A DNA stretch of 64,000 bases from an uncultured delta proteobacterium (GTDB lineage Bacteria > Desulfobacterota > Desulfobulbia > Desulfobulbales > SURF-16): positions 1,732 through 65,731 of the forward strand of contig CAVSQR010000043.1 of the NCBI GenBank assembly GCA_963729825.1, written 5' to 3'. The stretch's first letter is position 1. Every line of letters begins with the position of its first letter. The notes under the pieces were generated by a model. That model was not told the origin of the DNA. It did not search any database and worked only from the letters and a program-made list of their open reading frames with translations. Position numbers and translations under genes: made by a program. Below, piece after piece: positions 43,895 to 55,756 of the stretch.

Positions 43895-45879
43895 AGGCCA
43901 CTCTGTCCGGTTTCGTGACTGAGAAAATAATCCAGGGTTTCTTCAATGGATTGTTCCAGAGGCACAGTCGGCTGCCAGCCCAGCAGGCGGTTTGCCTGAC
44001 GGATTGACGGACGCCGGTGCTGCACATCCTCATAACCTGACCCGTAGAAGGCCCGCGCCTCGATGGAACGGATGCCGGCAAAGGGCGGGAACTTGGCGCG
44101 GAGAGGATGTTTCTCGAATTTCTCCACCAGGATATCGGCCAGCTCGCTGATGCTGGCCTCGTTGGTCGGGTTGCCGATATTGAAGATCTTGCGAGTCGCA
44201 GCAGTTATCCTTGTTCTCGATGATGCGGAACAGACATTCGACGCCGTCCTTGACGTCGGTGAAACAGCGGTTCTGGCTGCCGCCGTCCACCAGTCGGATG
44301 GGCGTGCCTTCCACCAGGTTCAGAATCAGCTGGGTAATGACCCGGGAGCTGCCGATGCGGGCGGACATCAGGCTGTCCAGCCGGGGCCCCACCCAGTTGA
44401 AGGGCCGAAACAGGGTGAACTGCAGGCCCTTGGTGGCGCCGTAGGCCCAGATGACCCGGTCCAGCATCTGCTTGCTGCAGGAGTAAATCCAGCGCTGCTT
44501 GTGAATGGGGCCAAGCACGAAGTTGGACTGGTCTCCTCATTGAACTCCGGGTCCTGGCACATGCCGTAGACCTCCGAGGTGGAGGGGAAGAGGATGCGTT
44601 TGCCGTATTTGTCGCAGTAGCGGACGATGCGCAGGTTCTCCTCGAAATCCAGCTCAAAGACCCGCAGGGGGTTGCGGACATATTCGGCCGGCGTGGCAAT
44701 GGCCACCAGGGGCAGGACGATGTCGCACTTGCGCACATGGTACTCGATCCACTCCCGATGAATGGAGATATCGCCTTCACTGAAGTGGAAACCGGGGCGG
44801 CTGAGCAGGCGCTGGATGGAAGATGAACCGAGATCCATGCCGTGCACCTCGTATTTGCCGCTGTCCAGCAGATGTTCACTCAGGTGGTTGCCGATGAAGC
44901 CGTCAACGCCGAGGATGAGCACGGTTTTTTTGCGTTTGAGCTCGATCTCGCTGGCGATTTGTCTGCTGAAACGCAGACCCGGAACCAGGTTCAGCTCGGC
45001 GGCCAGCTGGGCGCCGCTGACAAACACGCCACCCTCGCTCTGGCCGGCCTGCACCTGGATCGCCCCCTCACCGCAGCGGATCACCAGGGGATCACTGGAG
45101 ATGACCGTGCCGGGAATGACATCATCATGGTTTTCCACCGGCAGCACCGACCAGAAGAAGCATTTGCGGTTGCGCAGATAGCTGAAGGCGCCGGGATAGG
45201 GCAGGGTGACGGCCCGCACCAGGTTATGAACCGCCGTGGCCTCTTTGTCCCAGTCGATCTCGCCGTCATCCGGCTTGCGGCCGCCGAAGTAGCTGGCCAG
45301 CCGGTGCTCCTGGGGGATGCGCGGGGCATTGCCTTCCCTGACGGCGGGCAGCACCTCGGCCAGCAGCGCGGTTGCGGCAATCGTCATTTTGCTGTGCAGG
45401 GTGAGCGCGGTGTCCTCCAGGGTGATGTCGACCTTTTTCTGGCCGACAATATCACCGTTATCAGGCTTGGGCGTCATGTAATGCAGGGTGACGCCGGTCT
45501 CTTTTTCACCATGAATGAGCGCCCAGTTGACCGGGCAGCGGCCACGGTAGCGGGGCAGCAGGGAGCCGTGCAGATTCAGACAGCCCGCCGGGGGGATGGA
45601 CAGGATGGCCGGGCCGACCATGTTGCGGTAATAAAAAGAGAAAATGATGTCCGGCTGGAATTCCTTGATCCGTTCCACCCACAGGGGATGATTGAGATTT
45701 TCCGGGGCAAAGACCGTCAGATTTTTTTCAGCGGCAAGCACGGCCACCGATTCAAACCACTGATTTTCTTTGGGATCGTCAGGGTGGGTGAAGACGGCCT
45801 GGATGTCATAACCATTGGCCAGCAGCGACCTGATACCGGCGCAGCCTATATTGTGATAGGCGAGAACGATTGCTTTCAT
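43891..45879 (-). CDS. arnA: Bifunctional UDP-L-Ara4N formyltransferase / UDP-glucuronate decarboxylase, frameshifts near 44525 and 44190
   Basis: [13 protein letters not shown] formyltransferase motif; [23 protein letters not shown] and [15 protein letters not shown] motifs. Confidence 0.95.
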
Positions 45880-45985
45880 GATGAAACTCCGATGGATAAA
45901 TTTGCAGTTAATGGAAGAGGGAAAAGCGGTTCTGTTTTTTACCGTAGTTATGGGGGCTCAGTGCCAAAATATGGCTGGGTCCCGG

Positions 45986-46978
45986 TTAGGGGTGATTGCT
46001 GATTGACCCGGCATGAATCATGTTTTCGGCGTGCTCCAGATTGCTGCCGCCCCGCACCTCCTGGATAAAATAGCGGGGTCTGCTGCGCACGTCATGGTAG
46101 ATGCGGCCGATGTACTCACCCATCAGGCCCAGGGCGAGATAGAGGGCGCCGATCAGGACGAAGAGGGCGGCAAAAAGGGTGAACACACCTTCGGCGGCCC
46201 AGGTGGCGCCGTAAGAGATACGCATGATCATGAGAAAGATGCCGAAACCCACCCCGCAGGCGGCAATGACGGTGCCCAGCAGGGAGAGCAGGCGCAAGGG
46301 AAAGGTGGACATGGAGGTGAGCAGGTCGTACTGCAGGGAGATGAGTTTGAACAGGCTGTATTTGGACTCACCCTTGGTCCGTTCCGCGTGGCCGACCTCT
46401 ATCTCGGTGGTTCTCCGGGCAAAGCTGTTGGCCAGAATGGGGATAAAGGTGGAATGCTCCCGGCACTGCAGCATGGCATTGACAATGTGGCGGCGATAGG
46501 CCCGCAGCATGCAGCCGTAATCGGACATCATCACCCCGGTGGCCTGGCGCACCGCCTTGTTGACCACGGCAGAGGCCGCCTTGCGAAACAGGCTGTCCTG
46601 GCGGTTGACCCGCACCGTGCCCACCACATCATAGCCCTTGTTCATCGTCTGCAGCAGCCTGGGGATCTCCTCCGGCGGGTTCTGCAGATCGGCATCCAGG
46701 GTGATAATCACCTGACCCAGGCTCTGCCGGAAACCGGCAAAGACCGCGGCATGCTGCCCGTAATTGCGGTTAAGCAGCACGCCGACCACTTCGGCATGCT
46801 GGTCCGCGGCCCGGCCGATCATCTCGGTGGAGCCGTCCCGGCTGCCGTCGTCAACCAGGATCAGTTCAAAGGACTCCCCGGTGCTGCGGCAGGACGCCAG
46901 GCAGCGATTGATCAGCTCATCGAGACAGGCTGATTCATTATAGACGGGAATAACCACGGAAAAAGCCGGGTTGCTCAT
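45986..46978 (-). CDS. arnC: Undecaprenyl-phosphate 4-deoxy-4-formamido-L-arabinose transferase
   Basis: [29 protein letters not shown] and DYGCMLRAY; two C-terminal TM helices. Confidence 0.93.
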   Translation of the reverse strand: MSNPAFSVVIPVYNESACLDELINRCLASCRSTGESFELILVDDGSRDGSTEMIGRAADQHAEVVGVLLNRNYGQHAAVFAGFRQSLGQVIITLDADLQNPPEEIPRLLQTMNKGYDVVGTVRVNRQDSLFRKAASAVVNKAVRQATGVMMSDYGCMLRAYRRHIVNAMLQCREHSTFIPILANSFARRTTEIEVGHAERTKGESKYSLFKLISLQYDLLTSMSTFPLRLLSLLGTVIAACGVGFGIFLMIMRISYGATWAAEGVFTLFAALFVLIGALYLALGLMGEYIGRIYHDVRSRPRYFIQEVRGGSNLEHAENMIHAGSISNHP

Positions 46979-48127
46979 TTCTTCAGTACCTCCTTCACGG
47001 CCTGCACCACATCATCCACATCCTCCTCGGTCATGGCCGGGAAAAGCGGCAGGGAGCATATCCTGGCGGAGTTCCACTCCGTGTCGGGCAGGGTGCCCAG
47101 CAGCTCCGGGCGGGACTCGCGGTAATATTTCTGGGTATGGGCGGCCAGGAAATGGATGCCGCTGCCGATGTTTTTCTTTTTCAGCTCTTCCATAAAGGCA
47201 TTGCGGCTCATGCCTGCCCGCTCGGTATCCAGGCGGACGATAAAGAGGTGCCAGGCGTGGCGCATGTCATATTCCGGCACGGCCAGGGGCAGGATTTCAT
47301 CCACCCCGGCCAGCAGCTGGTGATAACGGGCGGCAAGTGCGGCCCGTCTGGCAATGAAATCATCCAGCCGCTTGAGTTGCCCGAGCCCGAGAACCGAGGC
47401 GATATCGGTGAGGTTGTACTTGTAGCCCGGCTCCAGGACCTCGGCCTGGGGGCTGCGGCCCTGGCTCTTGCGGTCATAGGCGTCAACGCCCAGCCCGTGA
47501 AATTTCAGGCGGCGGATGGCATCAAGCAGGCCGGCATCATCGGAACAGAACATGCCGCCTTCACCGGTGGTGATGTTCTTGATGGGATGAAAGGAAAAGA
47601 TGGTCGTGCCCGCTGGCGCCGATTTTTTGCTGTTTATACTCGGTGCCGGCGGCATGGGCCGCATCTTCCGCCAGGGCGATTGATTTATCAGCGCAGAGGC
47701 GGCGGATGGGGTCCATATCCGCGGCTGCCCCGGCAAAATGAACCGGCACGATAAGCCGGGTGCGCTCGGTGATGCAGGGTTCGATATGCGCAGCCGTGAC
47801 CATCAGGTTGTGGCGGTCGATGTCGGCAAAGACCGGCGTGGCGCCGCAGAGGACGATCATATTGACGGTGGATACCCAGGTCATGGACGGGGTGATCACC
47901 TCATCCCCGGGGCCGATGTTCAGGGCTTTCAGGAGCAGGTGCATGCCGGCCGTGGCCGAGCAGAGGGCCACCCCGGCCCCGGCCCCGCAGTAACGGGCAA
48001 ACGATTCCTCGAATTCGGAGGTTTTCGGGCCGGTGGTAATCCAGCCGGAGCGCAGCACCTGGGCCACGTCCTCGATTTCCTCTTCGCTGATGGAGGGTTT
48101 TGAAAAGGGGAGAAAGCTTTCTCGCAT
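46975..48127 (-). CDS. arnB: UDP-4-amino-4-deoxy-L-arabinose aminotransferase, frameshift near 47610
   Basis: [29 protein letters not shown] and GYKYNLTD. Confidence 0.92.
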
Positions 48128-48212
48128 GACTATTTCCCTGGAAAAATTGAACATTAAATCAGATCCACGGTTTTATACATTATTTTCATGAAGAAAAGGT
48201 GAATTTTTTTTA

Positions 48213-48253
48213 TTGCACATTTTTTTTTCCGCACTAATATGACCACCTGGTCA
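48213..48253 (+). promoter_or_regulatory. Sigma70-like promoter with an overlapping palindromic operator upstream of the TetR gene
   Basis: TTGCAC-16nt-TAATAT (48213-48240), overlapped by the perfect inverted repeat TGACCA-CC-TGGTCA (48240-48253), 4 nt before the ATG. Confidence 0.6.
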
Positions 48254-48257
48254 CATC

Positions 48258-49041
48258 ATGGAAAACCTACAGCAATCAGCACGAACGACATTCAGCAACC
48301 TGCCGCCGGAAAAGCAGGAGAAAATCGTTGACGCAGCGGTGAGGGAATTCGCCCGGCATGGCTATAAAAAAGCCAGCATCAACACCATTGTCAGGGATGC
48401 GGGCATTGCCAAGGGATCGCTCTATCAGTACTTTCATAATAAGGAAGAACTTTTTGTCTTTATTTTTGAGCGCTTTACCCTGCTGGTAAAAAAAGCGGTC
48501 GCCGAGCAGGGACGCTCAAATGTCGCGCGAGCCAGGGAAGGCGAAAGCACGGCCGCCGAGCAGGGACGCTCAAGTGTCGCGCGAGCCAGGGATGGCGAAA
48601 GCACGGGAGTCGGCTCGGAGCATGATTTCTTCAGCCAGGTCGGCAGGGTGCTGCTGGCCGGCATTGAATTTATTGACCGCCATCCTGAATATTTCCAGAT
48701 CTATCTCCGGGTGCTGTTTGAACAGGATGTGCCCATGCGGGAGAAACTGCTGGCCCAGGTCCGGCTTTTTTCCCGGGAGTATTTCGGGCCGACTGTGCCA
48801 GGCAGGTCAGAAGAGCGGCGCCATCCGCCGGGATGTACCGCTGGCGGTGGTGATTTTTATTTTGGACGCCACACTTGATCGTTTTCTGCAGGGTTATGCC
48901 CAGGGCGCCCTTGACCGTGATCTGGATCTGGTGCAGCGCAACAGAGAGGAGCTGCTGGCCCGGATAAAGATGATTCTGCAGGTGTTGCGGGAAGGACTGG
49001 CGGATGGCGGGACGGGGCAACAGGCGACAGGCAGAAGGTAG
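48258..49041 (+). CDS. TetR/AcrR family regulator with an in-frame 2x54-bp insertion, frameshift near 48792
   Basis: EFARHGYKKASINTIVRDAGIAKGSLYQYFHNKEEL HTH; the C-terminus lies in ORF 48520-49041. Confidence 0.88.
48501..48605 (+). repeat. Tandem 54-bp duplication inside the TetR coding sequence
   Basis: GCCGAGCAGGGACGCTCAA(A/G)TGTCGCGCGAGCCAGGGA(A/T)GGCGAAAGCACG at 48501 and 48555. Confidence 0.9.
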
Positions 49042-49102
49042 AAGGCAGAAGACAGAAGGCAACTGGCAAAAAGAGACTTTCAGACCAAGAGGGTGAGATT
49101 TC

Positions 49103-50200
49103 ATGGACGCATATGTGGAAAAGGCAGGGCTCAATGATATCCTGCAGAAAATAAAAAATAACGAGAGGATCAGCCGGGAAGACGGCATCAGGCTCTATCA
49201 GTCTCCCCATCTGCTGGCAGTGGGCTATCTGGCCAATATCGTGCGGGAACGCTTAAACGGCGGCAATGCCTACTTCATCTACAACCAGCATATCAACTAT
49301 TCCAATATCTGCACCAATCTCTGTAAATTCTGCGCCTTCGGCAAGGACAAGGATTCCGACAAGGCCTACGAGATGACCCGGCAGGAGGTGGCGGCCAAGG
49401 TGCGGGAACGCCTGGATGAGCCCATCACCGAGATCCACATGGTGGGCGGAATCCATCCGGATCTTCCCTTCAGCTACTACACTGGATCTGCTTCAGGAAA
49501 TCAAATTGGTCCGGCCCGAGGTCCACATCCAGGCCTTCACCTGTGTGGAGATCGATCATCTGGCCAAACTTGCCGGCAAGCCGGTGGACCGTACCCTGGA
49601 GGATCTCATGGCCGCCGGGCTTGATTCCATCCCCGGCGGCGGCGCCGAGGTGTTCAGCCCGCGCATCAGGAAGCTGACCTGCGAAAAGAAGCTGTCCGGC
49701 GAAGGGTGGCTGGAGGTGGCCAAGACCGCCCATCGGCTCGGGTTGAAGACCAATGCCACCATGCTCTACGGCCATATCGAGACCGTTGAGGAGCGGATCG
49801 ACCATCTCGACGCCCTGCGCCAGGCCCAGGATGAGACCGGCGGCTTTCTCGCCTTTATTCCCCTGGCCTTTCATCCGAAGAACACCGAGATGGCCGATCT
49901 GTCACGCACCTCCGGTATTGATGATCTGAAAAGCATGGCCGTGGCCCGCTGTTTTCTCGATAATTTCCCCCATATCAAGGCCTACTGGGTGATGATCGGG
50001 CCGAAGATGGCCCAGGTCGCCCTGTCCTTTGGCGCCGATGATGTGGACGGCACGGTCAAGGAGGAGATCATCACCCACATGGCCGGGGCCGAGACCGAGC
50101 AGGCCATGTCCGATGCGATGAGCTGGTCCGGCTGATCAAGGAGGCGGGCCGCACGCCGGTGCAGCGGGCACGCTGTACGATGTGATTAAGATGTATCATT
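49103..50200 (+). CDS. mqnE: Aminofutalosine synthase (radical SAM), frameshifted; end approximate
   Basis: HINYSNICTNLCKFCAF, EIHMVGG, PGGGAEVF, NATMLYGHIE, HIKAYW and GTVKEE. Confidence 0.88.
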
Positions 50201-50266
50201 CGATGGTTGACTGGTCATCACGCACATGGCGGCATGGACAGCAGGCATCGACGGACAGGACGCGAG

Positions 50267-51330
50267 ATGAGCGAAAGACATCATCGGAAAGTGGAGGCCG
50301 GGCAGCGCATCAGCGCGGACGAGGGTTTGCAGCTGCTGCGGGACGGGGATCTCTATCAGCTCGGCGTTCTGGCGGACACCATCCGCAAAAGGCTGCATCC
50401 CGAACCGCTGGTCACCTATGTGATCGACCGCAATATCAATTACACGGATATCTGCATCTCCGCCTGTAAGTTCTGCGCCTTTTACAAGGCCCCGGAGGAC
50501 GCGGCGCGGTTCGGTGCTTTCCTTTGAGCGAACTGGGCAAAAAGATTGAGGAGACCAAAGAGCTTGGCGGCACCCAGATTCTGCTGCAGGGCGGGCTGCA
50601 TCCGGACAAGCCCCTGGAGTTTTACGAGGAGATGCTGCGCTTCATCAAGGGGTACGGCATCCATATCCACGGTTTTTCCCCGCCGGAGGTCTGCCATTTT
50701 GCCAATCTGTCGGGACTGTCAGTGTCAACGAGGTGCTGATCCGGCTGCGCCAGGCCGGGCTTGATTCCATTCCCGGCGGCGGGGCGGAGATCCTGTCCGA
50801 CCGGGTGCGGCAGGAAACCGCGCCGCGCAAGTGCTCGGCCGATGACTGGATCGAGGTGATGGAGGAGGCCCATAATCTGGGCATGCGCACCACCGCGACC
50901 ATGATGTTCGGCCATATCGAGACCCTGGCCGAGCGGCTGGAGCATCTGGAGCGGGTCCGCGCGCCTGCAGGATCGAACCGGCGGCTTCACCGCCTTTATC
51001 CCCTGGCCCTTTCAGCCCGACAATACGGTCTATGCCCATCTGCCCAAGACCACGGCCTTTGCTTACTTAAAGATGCTGGCCCTCTCCCGCATCTTTCTCG
51101 ACAATATCGACAATATCCAGGCCTCCTGGGTGACCCAGGGACCGAAGATCGCCCAGCTTTCCCTGTTTTTCGGGGCCAATGATTTCGGCAGCACCATGAT
51201 CGAGGAAAACGTGGTGGCCGCGGCCGGGGTCAGTTTCAGGCTGTCCGAGGAGGAGATCCGCCGCATTGTCCGCCAGGCCGGGTTTGCCCCCAGGCAGCGC
51301 ACCATGGATTATACCCTGGTGGGGGAGTGA
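50267..51330 (+). CDS. mqnC: Cyclic dehypoxanthinyl futalosine synthase (radical SAM), frameshifted
   Basis: VTYVIDRNINYTDICISACKFCAF, QILLQGG, TATMMFGH, QASWVTQG and DFGSTMIEENVV. Confidence 0.9.
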
Positions 51331-52527
51331 GCAGGGCCATGCTGCTTGTGCACCGGGCCCCGGTGGTGCTGCCGATCAGCGCCCCGCCCATCAGCGATGG
51401 GGCCATACTCACCGAAGGCGGGGTTATTGTCGAGGTAGGGCCCTTTGCCCGGCTGCGGGGCAGGGGGCAGGTGCGGGACCACGAAGGGGCAATCCTGCTG
51501 CCGGCCCTGATCAACTGCCATGCCCATCTGGAGCTTTCCCACCTGGCCGTGCTCGGCCAGCGGCAGCTCCGCGAGGGTGATATGACCGGCTGGATCGGTG
51601 AACTGCTGGCCGCCCGGCAGCATTCGGCTGATGACGGCTCAGCCGCGGGGCGTCTTGCCCTGGACGCCCTGCATGAGCAGGGGGTGGGCCGGGTTGCCGA
51701 TATCGGCAATCTGCCCGGGAGCGCCAAAATCGGCGAGGGGCACCCGGTTGCGGTCCATTTTTTTCTGGAGATGCTCGGTTTCTCCCAGCATTCGGCGGCC
51801 AATGCCCTGGCCAGGATGCAGGAGAGCCAGGGTGACTGCACCAGCCATGCCCCCTATTCCAACCATGCCCGGCTGCTGGTTGCGGCAAAACAGCGGGCAA
51901 ACAGCAGAAACCAGATATTTCCCATTCATGTGGCGGAATCACGCGCCGAAATCGATCTGCTGCTGGATGGTTCCGGGCCGCTGCGCTGCTTTATCGAGGA
52001 ACGGGGCTTCTGGGACGGCTCCTTTGTGCCGCCCGGCTGCGGGGCGGTCACCTATCTGGACCGGTTGGGCATCATCGATGACAAAACCCTCTGCGTGCAT
52101 TGCGTGCACGTCACGGACGAAGAAATTGCCCTGCTTGCCGCAAGACAGGCCAGGGTGTGTCTGTGTCCGGGCAGCAACAGGCAGCTGGGGGTGGGCAGGG
52201 CGCCGGTGGAAAAAATGGTGCAGGCAGGCATGGTGCTGGGGCTGGGCACGGACAGTCTGGCCAGCAATCCGCAGCTCTCCATCTGGGAAGAGATGCGTCT
52301 GCTGCGCGAGGACCATCCCCAGCTTGCCCCGGCCACGGTGCTGGCCATGGCCACCCGGGGCGGGGCGCAATGTCTGGTCCGCAGGTGATAGCGGAGAGCT
52401 GGCCCCGGGCCGGCGGGCGGACATTATCGCCGCTCACGCCCAGGGGATAAGCGCCGGCAATGCGGATGATTTTCTGACCAGTGCGGGGAAAAACCTGCGG
52501 GTCCGCTGGGTCGAGGAGGCAAGCTGA
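51327..52527 (+). CDS. Amidohydrolase, probably aminodeoxyfutalosine deaminase; frameshift near 52378
   Basis: LINCHAHLELS, HAPYS, HVAES, CPGSN and GTDSLASN motifs; position between mqnC and mqnA. Confidence 0.8.
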
Positions 52528-52528
52528 G

Positions 52529-53346
52529 ATGAAAGCGCGTATCGGTATGGTTAACTTTATCAACACGGCGCCGCTCTATGTGACCTGGCAGCAGCGGGCC
52601 GCCAGGCCTGACTGGCTGGTGACCGAGGGGGCGCCGACCACCTTGAACAGGATGCTCTGCGCAAATGAGCTTGACCTGGGTTTTGTCTCCTCCCATGAAT
52701 ATGCGGCCCATCCCCATCTGTACCGCATCCTGGAGGATATTTCCATCAGCTCCTCCGGGCCGGTGGGCAGTGTCTTTCTCTTTTCCCGGCTTGCCCCGGA
52801 AGAACTGGCGGGCAGAAAGGTGCGGCTCAGCACCCAGTCGCAGACCTCGGTGGCCCTGGTGAAGATCATCCTGGAGGAGTTTTACCGGGTGCAACCCCTT
52901 TACCACACCGGCAACAATATGGAAGGCGACGAGGTGAGCGGGGTGCTGGCCATCGGCGATGAGGCCCTGCGGCTGAAAACCAACGGGGATTATCCCTTCT
53001 GTCTTGATCTGGGGGAGACCTGGCAGCAGCACACCGGGCTGCCCTTTGTCTTTGCCGTCTGGGCGGTGCGCGAGGATTTTCTGGCCCGGCAGCCCGGCTG
53101 CGTCAGTGAAATCCGGCGCTGAGCTGCTGTCCTGCATCCGCGAAGGCAAGGAAAAACTGCAGGCGGTCTGCACGCCAGGTGGCGCCGAGAATTCCCATGA
53201 CCGTTGATTCATGTTATAAGTATCTCCTCGGTATTGAATATGATCTCACCCCGCAGAAGATGCAGGCGCTGACGCTTTTCTTTGATTTTCTGATCAAACG
53301 CGGCGAGGCGCCGGCCGCAGCCCTGCCGGTAAAGGTGTGTAGGTAG
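52529..53346 (+). CDS. mqnA: Chorismate dehydratase, frameshifted near the 3' end
   Basis: VNFINTAPL, GPVGSVFL, SQTS, IGDEAL and DLGETW..TGLPFVFAVW. Confidence 0.88.
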
Positions 53347-53590
53347 TCTGGCTGGTCTGACTGGTCTCACTGGTCTTGACTGGTCCGAACGGCATGAGCT
53401 AAAAGACGAATGAGATCAATGGCTTTTCTTCGCTACGGCGAAATCTTAGGGCATAGGAGCGGGCCTTGCCCGCGACTAATTCGGATGCCAAAGAGTACGC
53501 GGGCAAGGCCCGCTTCTACAGCCCGGAGGATAAGCGAACATAACGGCAGGGACCTAAGACCAATAAGACCAGTAAGACCAATAGGACTAA
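53344..53590. repeat. Nested intergenic repeat: inverted 9-mer arrays enclosing an inverted REP pair
   Basis: Units like CTGGTCTGA (53344-53386) face units like AAGACCAAT (53550-53590). Inside are TAGGAGCGGGCCTTGCCCGCGA and CGCGGGCAAGGCCCGCTTCTACA (53454-53520). Confidence 0.8.
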
Positions 53591-53595
53591 AAACA

Positions 53596-54303
53596 ATGCA
53601 AACTCCGGATGAAAAGAAAACATTCGTCAAAGAGAAGTTTTCTTCCATCAGTCATAAATATGATTTTCTGAATTCACTGCTCAGCTTCCAGATCGACCGT
53701 TACTGGCGCTGGGTCACCACCCGGGAGCTGAAGATGTTTCCCGACGGGGCGGTGCTCGATCTCTGCGCCGGCACCCTGCCCCTTTCCCTGGAGCTGACCC
53801 GGCAGGCCCCCGCCCGGCAGGTGGTGGCCATTGATTTCTGCGAGGACATGCTGCGGGCAGGTATCAAGACCCTGCCCGCGGACAGCCGGCGGCAGCGCAT
53901 TTTTCCGGTCTGCGGGGACGGGGAAAAGATCCCGGCCCGGGATAAGAGCTTCTGGGGGATAACCGTGGCCTTCGGCGTCCGCAATCTCGGCCGCACCCAG
54001 GATGGCTTAAACGAGATGCACCGGGTGCTGAAACCCGGCGGCAAGCTGCTTATCCTGGAGTTTTCCAGGCCCCGGAATGTCATCGTCAAACCGGTCTACA
54101 GCTTTTATCTGAACACGGTGCTGCCCAAAGTCGCCGGTATTGTCTCCGGCGACAAGGAGGCCTATGAGTATCTGGCCAGCTCCATTGCCGCCTTTTATGA
54201 ACCGGAGGAACTGCTGGGCATGATGAAAAAGGCCGGTTTTGCCGAGGTATCCCGCAGGCCCTTGACCTTTGGCATTGTTTCCGTGTACATAGGCGTCAAA
54301 TGA
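53596..54303 (+). CDS. menG: Demethylmenaquinone methyltransferase (UbiE/MenG)
   Basis: YDFLNSLLSF, VLDLCAGT, AFGVRN, RVLKPGG..ILEFS and AYEYLASSI. Confidence 0.9.
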   Translation: MQTPDEKKTFVKEKFSSISHKYDFLNSLLSFQIDRYWRWVTTRELKMFPDGAVLDLCAGTLPLSLELTRQAPARQVVAIDFCEDMLRAGIKTLPADSRRQRIFPVCGDGEKIPARDKSFWGITVAFGVRNLGRTQDGLNEMHRVLKPGGKLLILEFSRPRNVIVKPVYSFYLNTVLPKVAGIVSGDKEAYEYLASSIAAFYEPEELLGMMKKAGFAEVSRRPLTFGIVSVYIGVK

Positions 54304-54864
54304 AAAAGATTATCCTGGCAATAACCGGAGCCAGCGGCTCTCTCTACGCCGTGGAGTTTCTGCGGCTGGTGAGTGAACTTGATGTGGAGGTGCACGGCTA
54401 TCATCTCCGGGGCCGGCGAGAAGGTGCTCGGACTCGAGGAGAAACTCGCCCCCCGGGACCTGACCACGGTGCGGCAATGGTATGCGGTTGACAATCTGGC
54501 CGCGCCCATGGCCAGCGGCTCGGCCCGCTATGATGCCATGGTGGTGCTGCCCTGCACCATGGGGACGCTGGCGGCCATAGCAAACGGCCTGTCGCTCAAT
54601 CTGATCCACCGGGCCGCGGATGTGATGCTGAAAGAGAGAAAACCCCTGGTGCTCGCCGTGCGCGAGACGCCGTTTAACCGGACTCATCTGCAGAATATGC
54701 TGGCCGCCTCGGATGCCGGGGCCATCATCTGTCCTGCCATGCCGGCCTTTTACCACCTGCCGGAAAATCTGCGGGACATGGCCCGTCATTTCGCCGGCCG
54801 GGTGGCTGCCCAGATCGGTCTGCAGGTTCCGGGACTGAAAGCGTGGAGTGGTATTGATGTTTAA
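54300..54864 (+). CDS. ubiX: Flavin prenyltransferase, frameshift near 54395
   Basis: AITGASGSLY, ASGS, PCTMGTL, RAADVMLKE, RETP and PAFY. Confidence 0.92.
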
Positions 54865-55710
54865 GAAGATTGCCATACTGCTGGAAATGATTAAATTCGA
54901 GCATACGGTCTTTGCTCTGCCCTTTGCCCTGATGGGGGCCTTTCTGGCCCAGGGCGGGGTGCCCCGGGGAATTGTCTTTTTCTGGGTGGTGATGGCCATG
55001 GTGGGGGCGCGGACCTGCGCCATGGGTTTTAACCGCATTGCCGATGCCCGTTTTGACCGGGACAATCCCCGTACCGCGGACCGGGCCATCCCGGCCGGCT
55101 CGGTGCAGATGTGGGAGGCCTGGACCATGGTGATCTTGGCGGGGCTGCTCTTTTTTTCGCCTGCTTTCAGCTCAATCCGCTCACCTTCAAGCTTTCGCCG
55201 CTGGCCTTAAGCCTCACCCTTTTTTATTCCGTGACCAAGCGTTTCACCTGGCTCTGCCATGTGGTGCTGGGCATTGCCCTGGCCTTTTCGCCCCTGGGCG
55301 GCTTTGTGGCGGTAAAGGGCTCACTGGCCGGCTTCCCCTGGGCGCTTTCCCTGGGAGTGCTCTTCTGGGTCACCGGCTTTGATACGGTCTATGCCTGTAT
55401 GGATGCCGATTTTGACCGGCAGGCGGGGCTTTTTTCCCTGCCGGCCCGGTTCGGGCGGGAAAGGGCCTTTCGCATGGCGGTCCTTTTTCATGTGGTGGCC
55501 TTTGCCCTGTTTGTGGCGACAGGGATAACCTGCCGGCTCAATTATTTTTATTATATCGGCATCGTGTTGACTGCCGGCGCCCTTTTTTACCAGCATCTCA
55601 TTGTCAATCCCAAAAATCTTTCCCGCATCAACATGTCCTTTTTCACCATGAACGGGCTGATCAGCCTGACCCTGTTTGCCGTTACCTGGCTGTCTCTGGT
55701 AACAGGTTGA
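54857..55710 (+). CDS. UbiA-family prenyltransferase (MqnP-like), frameshift near 55155
   Basis: MIKFEHTVFALPFA, ARTCAMGFNRIADARFDRDNPRT, GFDTVYA..D..FD and FFTMNG. Confidence 0.88.
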
Positions 55711-55756
55711 CAAAATTTTCAAGAAAGTCATAAATATAAGTATCACTCGATACATC

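Noticed and set aside
48501-48605. Mini CRISPR array
   Set aside because: The two copies are adjacent with no unique spacer, lie in frame within a gene, and no cas genes are present. No CRISPR array was seen anywhere in the window.
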